Below, piece after piece: positions 15,543 to 25,608 of a DNA stretch of 34,429 bases. Location of the stretch: IMG/VR virus record IMGVR_UViG_2693429554_000013, one strand, 5' to 3'. The translations under genes and the position numbers were made by a program. Numbering within the stretch: the stretch's first letter is position 1; each line of letters opens with the position of its first letter. Below the pieces are notes generated by a model. It searched no databases. It saw nothing but the letters and a program-made list of their open reading frames with translations, and had not been told where the DNA came from. Source of the stretch: a virus. Lineage: Duplodnaviria; Heunggongvirae; Uroviricota; Caudoviricetes.

Positions 15543-16556
15543 ATGAACATGACACCAGAAGCACAAAAGCTGGTTAATCAGTACATCAGCGAACTGCAAA
15601 AAACATTCAGTGACTGCGGGAAATCAAGCGATCGTTTCTTTTCGCTGACCGAGCCACGCAGTATTGCTCTGCGTAAAGCCCTGCTGGAAAGCACGGAGTT
15701 TCTGAGTTTCATCACCTGCATGGACGTTCCGCACCCGCAGGGGCAGGTCGTCACCGTGGGCGAATCCACACTGCGCACCGGTCGCGTGAAAAGCGGTCGT
15801 TTCGCTAAAGGTTCGGGCATCAAAGGCAACGAATTTAAACTCGTTGAAACTGATTCCTGCTGCGTGATCACCTGGGAACAACTCGCCATCTGGGCGAATG
15901 CCGGCAGCCCGCAGGAATTTTTCAACCTGATGAACTCCGCCGCCGTTACCAACTTTGCGCTGGATATGCTGCGCATTGGCTTTAACGGTAAAACAGCAGC
16001 GGAAAACTCTGACCCGGAAAGTCACCCGAACGGCGAAGACGTCAACATCGGCTGGCATGAAATCGCCAAAAAGTGGGGAGAACAGCCCGGCAATACCTCC
16101 CGTATTCTGACAGACGCCGTTACCCTGGGCGAAGGCGGCGATTATGTCGGTCTTGATGCCATGGCCTCAGACCTGATCCGCACTTACATCCCGGCACAGT
16201 ATCACAACGACCCACGACTTACCGTACTGGTCGGCGCAGACCTTGTGGCTGCTGAAGAACTACGCCTCTACAACAAAGAGGATAAGCCTACCGAAAAAGT
16301 GGCCGCACAGTTGCTGACGAAGAACATTGCAGGCCGCAAGGCCATCATTCCGCCGTTTATGCCGGGCAAACGTATGGTGGTGACCATGCTGCCAAACCTG
16401 CAGATCCTGACGCTGAAAGGCTCCCGCCGCCGCAAGGCAGAAGATGTGGGCGATCGCAAACAGTTCGAAAACTCATACTGGCGTTACGAGGGGTACGCCC
16501 TGGGCGATCCGGATTTATATGCTGCCGTAGATGAGTCTGCGGTCACCATCGCCTGA
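15543..16556 (+). CDS. Major capsid protein, P2 gpN family
   Basis: 337 aa; position after scaffold gene; C-terminal FENSYWRYEGYA. Confidence 0.8.
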   Translation: MNMTPEAQKLVNQYISELQKTFSDCGKSSDRFFSLTEPRSIALRKALLESTEFLSFITCMDVPHPQGQVVTVGESTLRTGRVKSGRFAKGSGIKGNEFKLVETDSCCVITWEQLAIWANAGSPQEFFNLMNSAAVTNFALDMLRIGFNGKTAAENSDPESHPNGEDVNIGWHEIAKKWGEQPGNTSRILTDAVTLGEGGDYVGLDAMASDLIRTYIPAQYHNDPRLTVLVGADLVAAEELRLYNKEDKPTEKVAAQLLTKNIAGRKAIIPPFMPGKRMVVTMLPNLQILTLKGSRRRKAEDVGDRKQFENSYWRYEGYALGDPDLYAAVDESAVTIA

Positions 16557-16573
16557 TAAACGGAGCGCACGGT

Positions 16574-17284
16574 ATGCCAACGCCAATGCAGCGACAACGT
16601 GCCCGACAGATGGATGAGCGCCGTGCGGCGCTCATGACCAGAACGGACGGGAGCGCCATCAGCACAGAGAGTCAGCACATTAAGCTGCTGGCACTGGATA
16701 ACGACATCAGACAACTGCACAACATGGAGCTGCTGTCTGACAAGCTGGAATTCAAACGGAACACGCTGCTGCCCCGCTGGCTGCCACACGCACAGGCTTA
16801 TCTGGAGGGGGAACGCGTCTATCAGAATCCCATTCTGGTGTACTGCATCATCTGGCTGTTCGATACCGGACAGTTTGAGATGGCGCTGCGGTGGGCTGAC
16901 ATTGCCATTGAACAGGGGCAAAAGACGCCGGAGAACTTCAAAAGCGAGCTGCCAACGTTTGTGGCCCATTTCATTCTTGAATGGGCAGAAACCGAAGCTG
17001 AACGCGGGAACAGTATCGCGCCATATTTTCAGCAGGTGTTTGAAAAAATCCGTGACAAATGGCGCGTGAATGAACGCCTTGCTGCCCGCTACTGGCGCTT
17101 TGCAGGCGTCCTGCTGCTGCGCGGCGATGACGGTAAACCGCTGGCCAGTGCAATTAACGATCCGGAGAGACTGCAACAGGCCGACCAGTGTCTGGAACGG
17201 GCTGCCTGGCTGCATCCAAAAATTCAGGTGAAAACCCTGCGCCAGCGCATTGCCGCAAGACTGCGCGCGTTGCAGGGCACGTAA
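16574..17284 (+). CDS. Terminase small subunit, P2 gpM-like
   Basis: 236 aa; position after capsid gene as in P2. Confidence 0.65.
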   Translation: MPTPMQRQRARQMDERRAALMTRTDGSAISTESQHIKLLALDNDIRQLHNMELLSDKLEFKRNTLLPRWLPHAQAYLEGERVYQNPILVYCIIWLFDTGQFEMALRWADIAIEQGQKTPENFKSELPTFVAHFILEWAETEAERGNSIAPYFQQVFEKIRDKWRVNERLAARYWRFAGVLLLRGDDGKPLASAINDPERLQQADQCLERAAWLHPKIQVKTLRQRIAARLRALQGT

Positions 17285-17383
17285 ACGACTCCCAACAACC
17301 GGGCGGGCGCGGTGGAGGTGTGCCGGCAAAAAACCATCAGCACACTGCGGAAACCGGTCAGCCCGCCTTTCCCCGGAGTGAGT

Positions 17384-17878
17384 ATGTTTGACGGGAAAAG
17401 CATTCACTATCAGCAGGCCATTATTCAGAACGATGGATTCTGGCCGGATATTGATGCCGGCGATTTTGAAAAGAGCCGCAGCATCCCCGCCGTCACGTCA
17501 CACGAAACGGTGCTGACGGCGCTGCTTTGCGCTGTAACAGAGATTAACACTGAACTGGCTGCACGCCGTGAATACTGGCAGGAACAGGGCTACATCCGGG
17601 CCGCTGATATTCCGGGTTACACCGTGTTGCAACCAGAGCCGCGCAATACGGATGCACAACCTGAACAGATGCAGAACCACATTACAGCACTGTACACCAA
17701 GGCTGTGTATGCACGCGCAAAGGCTGATCTTTTGCCGGAATCTGCCAGCGTGGGGCGACGCGAGGCGCAGCCCTCATCAGAAGCCAGCGAGAGCCGCCGG
17801 ACGTTGCTGGCTGAAGCGGCAATGGCGGTGCGGGCGCTGCTGGGCCGACCGCGTGCATCCATCGCGCTGATTGATTAA
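17384..17878 (+). CDS. Head completion/stabilisation protein, P2 gpL-like
   Basis: Start moved to internal ATG 17384 (RBS GGAG); about 164 aa; position. Confidence 0.6.
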   Translation: MFDGKSIHYQQAIIQNDGFWPDIDAGDFEKSRSIPAVTSHETVLTALLCAVTEINTELAARREYWQEQGYIRAADIPGYTVLQPEPRNTDAQPEQMQNHITALYTKAVYARAKADLLPESASVGRREAQPSSEASESRRTLLAEAAMAVRALLGRPRASIALID

Positions 17879-17887
17879 GGAAATGGT

Positions 17888-18361
17888 ATGACGCAACTCG
17901 CCAGCCTGACGGCATTCATTGAAAACAATCTGCCGGCACGCGCACGCATTCCGTTCACCAGTGACATGGATGACATAACGCTCGTTCCGTTCACGAAGTC
18001 GCTGGGGCACGGGCAGTTATGTACGCAGGTCCGAAAATATACGGCTTTTCTGCGATGGAACGCATGGCCCTATCGTCAGCTCAATCCGGATTTGGTGTTT
18101 TCTCTGGTTGAAGCCTGGCTGGCAGACAACGGCGGCGACCTGCGCCAGCGCCTGGCACCGGATGCGCCAGTCGTTGACGTCGAAGTGGATGATGAAAATG
18201 AAGTGGCATGGCTGGAAATCAGTCTGCCGCTGGTTGATCCCATCACCCTGGTTGAGGTCGAAAACGGCCCCATCCCCAGAGGCGGGAAACGTTACCAGCT
18301 GGAAAAGCCTGAAATCTGGGTGGCTCAGGCGCATCAGCTTCACTGCCAGGTGATGCCATGA
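17888..18361 (+). CDS. Tail completion / head-tail joining protein (position-based)
   Basis: 157 aa; between head completion gene and virion morphogenesis gene. Confidence 0.4.
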   Translation: MTQLASLTAFIENNLPARARIPFTSDMDDITLVPFTKSLGHGQLCTQVRKYTAFLRWNAWPYRQLNPDLVFSLVEAWLADNGGDLRQRLAPDAPVVDVEVDDENEVAWLEISLPLVDPITLVEVENGPIPRGGKRYQLEKPEIWVAQAHQLHCQVMP

Positions 18362-19071
18362 CGCGCCCCGTGATTAACGAGTCACAACTCCGGCAGGTTC
18401 GTCGCGCCATCAGAGAGGCAGAACTTCCGCCGGCAAAGGCCAGAAAGCTGCTGGTTCGCATTGCGAAATACGGCCTGATACCGGCTGCACGACGCAATGT
18501 GAAAGCACAGCGAACACCGGAGGGGGCAGCCTGGGCACCACGAAAAAGACCGGATAAAGCCAGCGGCAGGTATAAAAACAAAATGCTGCTGGGACTGCCG
18601 AAACTGCTGGCCATCAGGGTTGACGGCAGCGGGAAAAGTGTCCGCCTTTTCTTCAAAAAAGGGGATTACAACACCGGCTCTCATGGTGGGGCGGTCGCGT
18701 GGGTGCAACAGCACGGCGCAACCATCAAAGGCCGCGCCACAAAACGCCGGGACAGCGAAGCCATGCGCACCCGTCCCGCCACACGACGGCAGGCAGAACG
18801 CCTTCTTTCTCTGGGCTTTCGCGCCCCCGTCGGCGCAGTCAGCAAAAAAACCGGACGCAGGGGACGCAGAAAGCCTTCTCTGAAATGGATTATGGAAAAC
18901 ATGAGTATGGCGCAGGCCGGACTGGTGATCAGCATTCTGAAAGGCGAGCAGAAAAAACGTGTATGGGAAATCAAAATCTCCTCCCGCGCATTTCTGGGAG
19001 CCAGCGATACTGAATTTGCCCGCATTCTGGAAGCGCAGCTGCGCAGCCTGCATTACGGCGGCACGAGATAA
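18358..19071 (+). CDS. Virion morphogenesis / tail completion protein (gpS / Mu G-like)
   Basis: 237 aa; basic, overlaps the previous gene by 4 nt; position. Confidence 0.45.
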   Translation: MTRPVINESQLRQVRRAIREAELPPAKARKLLVRIAKYGLIPAARRNVKAQRTPEGAAWAPRKRPDKASGRYKNKMLLGLPKLLAIRVDGSGKSVRLFFKKGDYNTGSHGGAVAWVQQHGATIKGRATKRRDSEAMRTRPATRRQAERLLSLGFRAPVGAVSKKTGRRGRRKPSLKWIMENMSMAQAGLVISILKGEQKKRVWEIKISSRAFLGASDTEFARILEAQLRSLHYGGTR

Positions 19072-19090
19072 CAAAATCAGGAGACAAACC

Positions 19091-20239
19091 ATGACATGGC
19101 CATCTGTCACGATTGAACAGTACAACACATTCAGCAGTTCACCGGACGGCGTGGAAAATACGCTGCTGTTTGTGGGCAATGCACAAAACAACAAAGGTAA
19201 GGTTCTGCCGGTTAATGCCAACAGTGATCTGGACGAGCTACTGGGAACGAAAGCCACCCCGCTGAAGAACTTCCTTCAGTCCGCACTGACCAATGCCGGA
19301 CAGAATGCCTTTTTCTATGTTGCCGTTCTGCCGGAAGCCGGCAAGGGCAAAGAAGCGACGCCAGCCTGCCAGGCATGGCAGAACGCCATACTGGCGGCTC
19401 AGGAAACTGTTTCAGTTGAAGGCGTGGTGATCACCGAACCGGTCAGCACGAAGGATGACATCAACGCCATACAGGCGTTACGTCAGACCATCATCAATAA
19501 ATATCAGCGCCGCATCTGGTTCATCCTGACTATCGCCGCCAACGACAACAGTAAAACCTGGGCGGAATACGTTGCCGAGCTGACCACGCTACAGAAAGGC
19601 ATTGCAGCCCCGCAGGTCATGCTGGTTCCGGAGATTTTTGGATTTGAACCGGGCGTTCTTGCCGGTCGTCTGTGTAACAGCGCCGTCACCATTGCTGACA
19701 GCCCGGCACGTGTGGCAACCGGGGCGCTGTCCGCACTGAAAACCACAGAGCGCCCGAAAGACAGCGCAGGGCAGGCAATTGATCTCGACACCCTGCAGGC
19801 ACTGGCAACCGCCCGCTACAGCGTGCCCATGTGGTATGCCGACTATGACGGTCTTTACTGGGCTGACGGTGTAACACTTGAGGTGGAAGGCGGGGACTTC
19901 AACGTCATTGAGCATGTCCGCATTGCTGATAAGGTGGCGCGCCGCGTGCGGCTGATGGCCATCCCCAAGATTGCAGATCGCTCGCTGAACAGCACACCGG
20001 GCAGCATTGCCGCACATGAAACGCTGTTTGCCCGCCCACTGCGTGCCATGGCGAAATCCACGCAGATTAACGGCATCACGTTTCCGGGCGAAGTGAAATC
20101 GCCCAAGAAAGGCGACGTGGTTATCACCTGGCAGGACGAAAAGACGGTCAGCATCAGCATTGTTGTCCGCCCTTACGCCTGCCCTAAAACCATCAAAGTG
20201 GGCATTCAGCTGGATAAATCTCTGGAGGAAAACGCATGA
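19091..20239 (+). CDS. Putative tail sheath protein
   Basis: 382 aa from ATG 19091 (RBS AGGAG); immediately precedes a ~150-aa tube-like gene. Confidence 0.5.
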   Translation: MTWPSVTIEQYNTFSSSPDGVENTLLFVGNAQNNKGKVLPVNANSDLDELLGTKATPLKNFLQSALTNAGQNAFFYVAVLPEAGKGKEATPACQAWQNAILAAQETVSVEGVVITEPVSTKDDINAIQALRQTIINKYQRRIWFILTIAANDNSKTWAEYVAELTTLQKGIAAPQVMLVPEIFGFEPGVLAGRLCNSAVTIADSPARVATGALSALKTTERPKDSAGQAIDLDTLQALATARYSVPMWYADYDGLYWADGVTLEVEGGDFNVIEHVRIADKVARRVRLMAIPKIADRSLNSTPGSIAAHETLFARPLRAMAKSTQINGITFPGEVKSPKKGDVVITWQDEKTVSISIVVRPYACPKTIKVGIQLDKSLEENA

Positions 20240-20691
20240 CGACCCGCATTAACGGCATGGCGTTTGACACCTTTATCGGTGGAACGGATATCCATGTGAA
20301 AAGCATCTCACTGGACATCAGCGATGAAAGCGCCGTTGCCAAAACCCGTGGCATCCCTGACGGTAAACTGCGTGGACCTGTCAGTGCCGAAGGTGAAATC
20401 GAAATGAGTACCCGCAGCTTTAACCAGCTCGGGGAAGTAGCTGCTCAGGCGGGATCGTGGCGCGATCTGCCGCCAATGGATTTTGTGTTTTACGCCAACA
20501 CGGGCACTGAAGAAATCCGCGTCGAAGCCTTCGGTTGCGAGCTGATGCTTTCCGGCCTGTTAAGCATTGACACCGAGAGCGCAGATCTGACCACGCACAA
20601 AATCAAGTACGTGGTGGCAAGCCCTGACTTTGTGCGTATCAACGGCGTGCCCGTTCTCTCAGAGAACGACGTGCGCGGACTGATGGGGTGA
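20236..20691 (+). CDS. Putative tail tube protein
   Basis: 151 aa; ATGA overlap with sheath-like gene; size and position. Confidence 0.5.
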   Translation: MTTRINGMAFDTFIGGTDIHVKSISLDISDESAVAKTRGIPDGKLRGPVSAEGEIEMSTRSFNQLGEVAAQAGSWRDLPPMDFVFYANTGTEEIRVEAFGCELMLSGLLSIDTESADLTTHKIKYVVASPDFVRINGVPVLSENDVRGLMG

Positions 20692-20694
20692 ACC

Positions 20695-20991
20695 ATGCAG
20701 GAGCATGAGCGCACCATTATCACCCTGGGCATTCTGGGCGGAATCGCTGCCGCAAGTCGGGTGCTGGCTGGCGCAGAGCCGATTACGTTGCGGTTGTTTG
20801 TGGGTCGAACCCTGCTGGGGAGCGCGCTGGGTGTTTCTGCCGCTGCCCTGCTGGTTCGTTACCCGAACCTTGACCCACTGGCCATTGCCGGCGCAGGCAC
20901 TGCAATGGGCGTTGCCGGTTACCAGATTGTGGAAATCTTCCTGCGTCATATGCGCCGGAAGCTGGGCGAGAAAGAGAACAAAGAGGAGTAA
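20695..20991 (+). CDS. Holin-like membrane protein
   Basis: 98 aa; three hydrophobic segments and charged C-terminus RHMRRKLGEKENKEE; adjacent to endolysin. Confidence 0.55.
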   Translation: MQEHERTIITLGILGGIAAASRVLAGAEPITLRLFVGRTLLGSALGVSAAALLVRYPNLDPLAIAGAGTAMGVAGYQIVEIFLRHMRRKLGEKENKEE

Positions 20992-20996
20992 CAGCA

Positions 20997-21104
20997 ATGC
21001 TGTCCCGCAGGGAACAAAAAGCTGCCGCCATTGCATGGAAAATTATCCGGGCGTTGTGGCGCTGGCTGCGCAAACCTCAGCAACCTCATAAGGAGCAAAA
21101 ATGA
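20997..21104 (+). CDS. 35-aa basic amphipathic peptide between holin and endolysin
   Basis: ATG 20997 preceded by AAGAGGAG; stop overlaps endolysin ATG (ATGA); MLSRREQKAAAIAWKIIRALWRWLRKPQQPHKEQK. Confidence 0.3.
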   Translation: MLSRREQKAAAIAWKIIRALWRWLRKPQQPHKEQK

Positions 21105-21442
21105 AACTCTCCGATAAGCAACAACAATTTACCGTCATGATCGGAAAACTCATCGAGTTTGCCCATCAGCGCGGTTATGGCCTGACGTTCGGTGAGGCGT
21201 ACCGCACGCCAGAACAGGCAAAACTCAACGCACAAAAGGGATCCGGCATTGCCAACAGCCTGCACTGCCAGCGGCTGGCCGTGGATTTTAACCTGTTTAT
21301 TAACGGTGAATATCAGACCCGCACAGAGGCCTACCGCGAGCTGGGCGAGTACTGGGAGTCTCTTGGTGGCGCATGGGGCGGTCGTTTTAAAAAACGCCCG
21401 GATGGCAATCATTTCAGCCTTGAGCACGACGGCGTGCGCTGA
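21101..21442 (+). CDS. Endolysin, M15-family-like peptidoglycan peptidase
   Basis: 113 aa; His/Asp-containing segments (FAHQRGYG, LHCQRLAVDF, GNHFSLEHD) consistent with small zinc peptidase endolysins. Confidence 0.65.
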   Translation: MKLSDKQQQFTVMIGKLIEFAHQRGYGLTFGEAYRTPEQAKLNAQKGSGIANSLHCQRLAVDFNLFINGEYQTRTEAYRELGEYWESLGGAWGGRFKKRPDGNHFSLEHDGVR

Positions 21443-21513
21443 TTTTACGCTTAATAAGCCTTCCTGCAGGCTTATTAAGCCCTCTTATTCTTGACATTTA
21501 ACAGGACATTATT

Positions 21514-21807
21514 ATGGGCACCATTATTCGCGAGCAAAACATCGAAACAGACAACACCATCACTTTACAGGTCGGTGAACATGAACTGACATTTATCCCG
21601 ACCGTTAAAGCCTACAACGACCTGCAGAACGATTTCATGCCGGATAACAAAATCGCGCCGCTGAAAAACTACCTGCGCCGCATCGTGATTAAAGAGCACC
21701 GCGATCTGCTTAACCAGTTGCTGGAAAAACCAGGAATGCCGGCCAGCCTGGCAACAGCCGTGAATAACGAGTTTGTGCCGGAAGTGGAAATCACCGTAAA
21801 AAAATAA
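21514..21807 (+). CDS. Tail assembly chaperone (P2 gpE / lambda gpG analogue)
   Basis: 97 aa directly upstream of tape measure; ends at a slippery A_AAA_AAA run. Confidence 0.6.
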   Translation: MGTIIREQNIETDNTITLQVGEHELTFIPTVKAYNDLQNDFMPDNKIAPLKNYLRRIVIKEHRDLLNQLLEKPGMPASLATAVNNEFVPEVEITVKK

Positions 21808-21995
21808 AAAGCCATCTGGGGGCCATTGATCGCAATGACCTTACCCGGATGCTGATCCTGCGCCGCCACTGGCTGCCCGGCGAGGATGACTCGCCGCAGT
21901 CACTGGCTGCCGCCGTCTGGCTGGATAACCACTACTGGGAAAATATGAGCATCGCCGTCAATAACGGCATTATCCGTGCTTTTAAGGGATCGTAA
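21798..21995 (+). CDS. Minus-1 frameshift extension of the tail assembly chaperone (E+E'-like product)
   Basis: The -1 frame is open for 65 codons from the heptamer to a TAA whose last base is the first base of the tape-measure ATG. Confidence 0.5.
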   Translation, partial: KKIKSHLGAIDRNDLTRMLILRRHWLPGEDDSPQSLAAAVWLDNHYWENMSIAVNNGIIRAFKGS

Positions 21996-24091
21996 TGTCA
22001 CAACAGCGCCTTGAATTACTTCTTGAACTGACAGACCGCCTGACAAGGCCGTTGCGTGCAGCCGGACGACAGGTTCAGGGATTTGCTGCAACAAGTCGGG
22101 GAGCCTTTCGGGACATTGCTACCGGAGGCGCTGCGCTCTGGGGAGTGGGTGCAGCCATTCAGGGGGCACTGATGCCAGCCATTGAAATGGACAGGGCGCT
22201 CGGTGAGGTGAAATCACTGGGCGTCGCAGAGTCCGGATTGCGTAAACTCAGCCGCGCCGCCGTTGATTTCACTATGGAATACGGCGGGGCTGCGCAGGAT
22301 TTTGTGCGTGCTTCTTACGACATCCAGTCAGCCATTGCCGGGTTAACTGACGATGAGCTGTCCCGCTTCACCACCGCATCAGCAACGGTGGCAGCAGCAA
22401 CCAAATCCAGCAGCCAGACCATTACCGCCTACATGGGCACCATGTACGGCATCTTTAAAGACCAGGCTGATGCCATGGGAAAAAGCAAATGGGTGGAGCA
22501 GGTCGCCGGGCAAACCGCCACCGCCGTGCAAATGTTTAAAACAACCGGCGATAACATGTCAGCAGCGTTCACCACGCTGGGTGCCAGTGCAAAAGCGGCC
22601 GGTATTGATGCGGCTGAACAGTTCGCCGTGCTGGGACAACTACAGGCCACCATGAGTGGCAGCGAGGCCGGGACAAAATACAAGGCATTTCTTGCCGCAG
22701 TAGGCAGCGCCCAGAAAAAGCTGGGGCTTAATTTCGTGAATAAAGACGGCACGATGAAAAGTGTTGTCGAGATCATGAAACTTATCAGGGGTAAATTTGG
22801 TGATCTGTCAAAAGTGGCTGATTCCGATTTGCTGAAAAGCGCCTTTGGCTCCGATGAAGCTGTGGCCATGATTAAATTACTCAATGCGGACATTGGCGGA
22901 CTTGAAAAGAATATCGCCACGCTGGGCAATATCAAAGGTATGGATAAGGCTGTCGAAATGGCGCAGGCCATGGCTGATCCATGGGAACAGGCCGCCGCAA
23001 TTATTAACGGCATTCGCATCGAAATCGGCACGCAGTTGCTGCCTGTTCTGTACCCGTTTATCCAGAAAAGCAACGAAGGCGGTAAATCCTTTGTTGCCTG
23101 GTTACGTCTGTATCCCAATATCACACGGGCTATTGGTTTACTGTCTGCCGCCCTGCTGGGCATTGCCGCAGTGGGTGCCGTTGTCAACATTATGGTGGGT
23201 GTGGCGAAGTTTGTCTGGACAGGACTGCGGCTGGTCTGGCTGGCAGCAGTTGCACCCCTGAAGATTCTCATTCTGCTGAAACGCACACTGACGGCTACCA
23301 TGTGGGCATTCACTGTAGTTGCCCGAACGGTCAGGGCGTTGTATCTGGCCATGTCCATTGCTATGGGAACATACAACGTCAAAGCAAAAATTCAGCTGGC
23401 GCTGCTGAAATTACAGCGCGCCGGACTCTGGCTTTATTCTGTTGCGCTGGGTGCCGCCGGCATAGCAATGAAAATCTACACCGCAGTCACCAGCGGAGCT
23501 GCAATTGCAACACAGTTACTTTTCAGCCCCATCACATTAATCATCCTGGCACTGGCTGCGCTGGGCGTGGGCATTTATTTCCTGATCACCCGCTGGGATG
23601 AGATTAAAGTCGCGCTGATGGATACTGCCGCCTTTCAGTGGGTGGCTGAAATGGTCGGCAGTATGGGGGCATGGTTCGGCAATGCATGGAACACAATCCA
23701 GGACGGCTGGAATGCACTGGTTAACTATTTTTCCACGCATTCACCACTGGATGCCCTGAAGGATCTCGCGGGCGGCATCCTGAATATTTTCAGTAACCTC
23801 TGGGAACTGGTGAAACAGTCCTTCAGTGATTCATGGGGCTGGATTGTAGGCAAGCTCAACATGATCCCCGGCGTCAATATCGACACACCGGAAAGCACAG
23901 GAAGTGGCGAAGGCTCCGTATTAACCGGCGGCAAAGCCATCAGTGCGGGACCGGGCGGCATTGCGGCAGAGATGCAGAACAACAGCGAAAACCAGACCAC
24001 CATCGACAACTCCCGTCGTGTGGTTAACGTCAATGTGCAGGATCCATCCCCTGCCCGTCTTAACGAGTGGATGGAGCTGCATGCATACTGA
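21995..24091 (+). CDS. Tail tape measure protein
   Basis: 698 aa; Ala/Gly-rich helical N-terminal half and hydrophobic central segments; position after chaperone. Confidence 0.85.
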   Translation: MSQQRLELLLELTDRLTRPLRAAGRQVQGFAATSRGAFRDIATGGAALWGVGAAIQGALMPAIEMDRALGEVKSLGVAESGLRKLSRAAVDFTMEYGGAAQDFVRASYDIQSAIAGLTDDELSRFTTASATVAAATKSSSQTITAYMGTMYGIFKDQADAMGKSKWVEQVAGQTATAVQMFKTTGDNMSAAFTTLGASAKAAGIDAAEQFAVLGQLQATMSGSEAGTKYKAFLAAVGSAQKKLGLNFVNKDGTMKSVVEIMKLIRGKFGDLSKVADSDLLKSAFGSDEAVAMIKLLNADIGGLEKNIATLGNIKGMDKAVEMAQAMADPWEQAAAIINGIRIEIGTQLLPVLYPFIQKSNEGGKSFVAWLRLYPNITRAIGLLSAALLGIAAVGAVVNIMVGVAKFVWTGLRLVWLAAVAPLKILILLKRTLTATMWAFTVVARTVRALYLAMSIAMGTYNVKAKIQLALLKLQRAGLWLYSVALGAAGIAMKIYTAVTSGAAIATQLLFSPITLIILALAALGVGIYFLITRWDEIKVALMDTAAFQWVAEMVGSMGAWFGNAWNTIQDGWNALVNYFSTHSPLDALKDLAGGILNIFSNLWELVKQSFSDSWGWIVGKLNMIPGVNIDTPESTGSGEGSVLTGGKAISAGPGGIAAEMQNNSENQTTIDNSRRVVNVNVQDPSPARLNEWMELHAY

Positions 24092-24432
24092 TAAACCGCT
24101 TTACATTGATTTGCTCATCACCGGCCGCAATCTCACGCTGAACAGCGCCAGTGAGCCGGTGTTATGCAACAACAGGGAAAGTATTGCCCAGGACTGCCAG
24201 CACGCCATCATTGAGAGCGGACTGGCAACGCGCCTGCTGGCTGAAAAAAGCCCGACACTTCGTGCCGACATCATGATGCAGATGACACTGCTGATTGAAG
24301 ATGATGAGCGCATCACACCCGGCACGGTCAGTGTGACAGAAGAAACCCCGCTTTCTGGTCGCCTGCTGATTAGCGCCCACACCGAAGATTTTTTTGAACC
24401 CCTGACTTTTACGGTATCTCTTGATGATTAAC
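24088..24432 (+). CDS. Small tail/baseplate protein (gpW/gp25-like position)
   Basis: 114 aa from ATG 24088 overlapping the tape-measure stop; precedes baseplate J-like gene. Confidence 0.4.
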
Positions 24433-25608
24433 GGCAAACCCACCGCAGATTACGAGCGCATTCTGGCTGATAACGGCATGCCGGTAACCGAAGAACAGGC
24501 ACGCGCTGAATTTGAAGCCATTGTCAAAGACGAAGGGCTTATCACCAACACATCCCGCATGTCGCCGTTCTGGCGACTGATTACAGCCATCACCACAAAA
24601 CCCGTGATGTGGCTGAAAGATGCGCTGGTTAATGTGGTGATGAAAAACCTGTTTCTGGCCGATGCCAGCGGTGTATTCGTTGATGTTTTTGCCTGGGCGG
24701 TAAACCTGCAACGCAAGGCCGCCACGCACGCAGCCGGCGTGATTCGTTTCACCAAGAACGACATTGATCGCGCAGTTACAGTGCCGGCCGGTACGCAGAT
24801 TCAGACAGAACGCATTAACGGCGTGATTTATACGCTGACCGTTGTCAGGGATACCGTTATTCCGGTAGGAACACTCAGCATGAACATCGATGTTTCTGCG
24901 GAACAGGCCGGAGCCGGCTTTAACCTTGCGCCGGGATATTACCGCATCCTTCCGGTGGCGATTGATGGTATTGCCGGCGTTGAGAACGATGAAAACTGGC
25001 TGACCACACCGGGTGCCAACGAAGAAAGCGATGACGAGCTGCGTGATCGTGTTCGCAATCAGTTTAATCTTGCCGGCGCTTATCACACAGATGCTGTTTA
25101 CCGGGGATTAATTGCCGGCGTTGCCGGCATCAGTGCCGACCGCATCTATTTTCTGCATGACGCACCACGCGGCCCCGGCACAGCAAATGCTTACATTCTG
25201 CTGGATACCGGCATCGCATCCGAACCGTTCGTTGATGCCGTAAACGCATTCATTAACGATGAAGGTCATCACGGACACGGTGATGATCTGCGCTGTTTTT
25301 CCATGCCTGAAACACGCCACACCCTGACCGTGACACTCTGGTTATATGCAACACTGAACCTCAGCGATGAGGAAATTCAGACGTTATTGCGCAATGTGGA
25401 AAATCTGGTTCGCTGTGCATTTCGAGAAAACAGCGATTATGACGTTCAGAAAACATGGCCGTACAGCCGTTTCAGCATGTCCAGAATGGGCGAAGAGATC
25501 CACCAGGTATTTCCGCAGGTGGAGTCGGTTACATTTTCTCTTCCGGATATTCTCAGTGATCTGGCTGTTCCTCGTCTGGAATCCCTTACTGTGGAGGTGA
25601 GCGCGTGA
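24424..25608 (+). CDS. Baseplate J-like protein
   Basis: 394 aa; size and position between small baseplate gene and fiber cluster. Confidence 0.7.
   Translation: MINGKPTADYERILADNGMPVTEEQARAEFEAIVKDEGLITNTSRMSPFWRLITAITTKPVMWLKDALVNVVMKNLFLADASGVFVDVFAWAVNLQRKAATHAAGVIRFTKNDIDRAVTVPAGTQIQTERINGVIYTLTVVRDTVIPVGTLSMNIDVSAEQAGAGFNLAPGYYRILPVAIDGIAGVENDENWLTTPGANEESDDELRDRVRNQFNLAGAYHTDAVYRGLIAGVAGISADRIYFLHDAPRGPGTANAYILLDTGIASEPFVDAVNAFINDEGHHGHGDDLRCFSMPETRHTLTVTLWLYATLNLSDEEIQTLLRNVENLVRCAFRENSDYDVQKTWPYSRFSMSRMGEEIHQVFPQVESVTFSLPDILSDLAVPRLESLTVEVSA

Noticed and set aside
16484-17407. 307-aa minus-strand ORF
   Set aside because: Antisense to the small terminase and head completion genes, which sit in a co-directional, translationally coupled operon.
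18382-19257. 291-aa minus-strand ORF
   Set aside because: Antisense to the virion morphogenesis and sheath-like genes; no independent support.
22429-23382. 317-aa minus-strand ORF inside the tape measure gene
   Set aside because: Antisense to the Ala-rich tape measure coding region; composition-driven artefact.
24409-25086. 225-aa minus-strand ORF
   Set aside because: Antisense to the baseplate J-like gene.
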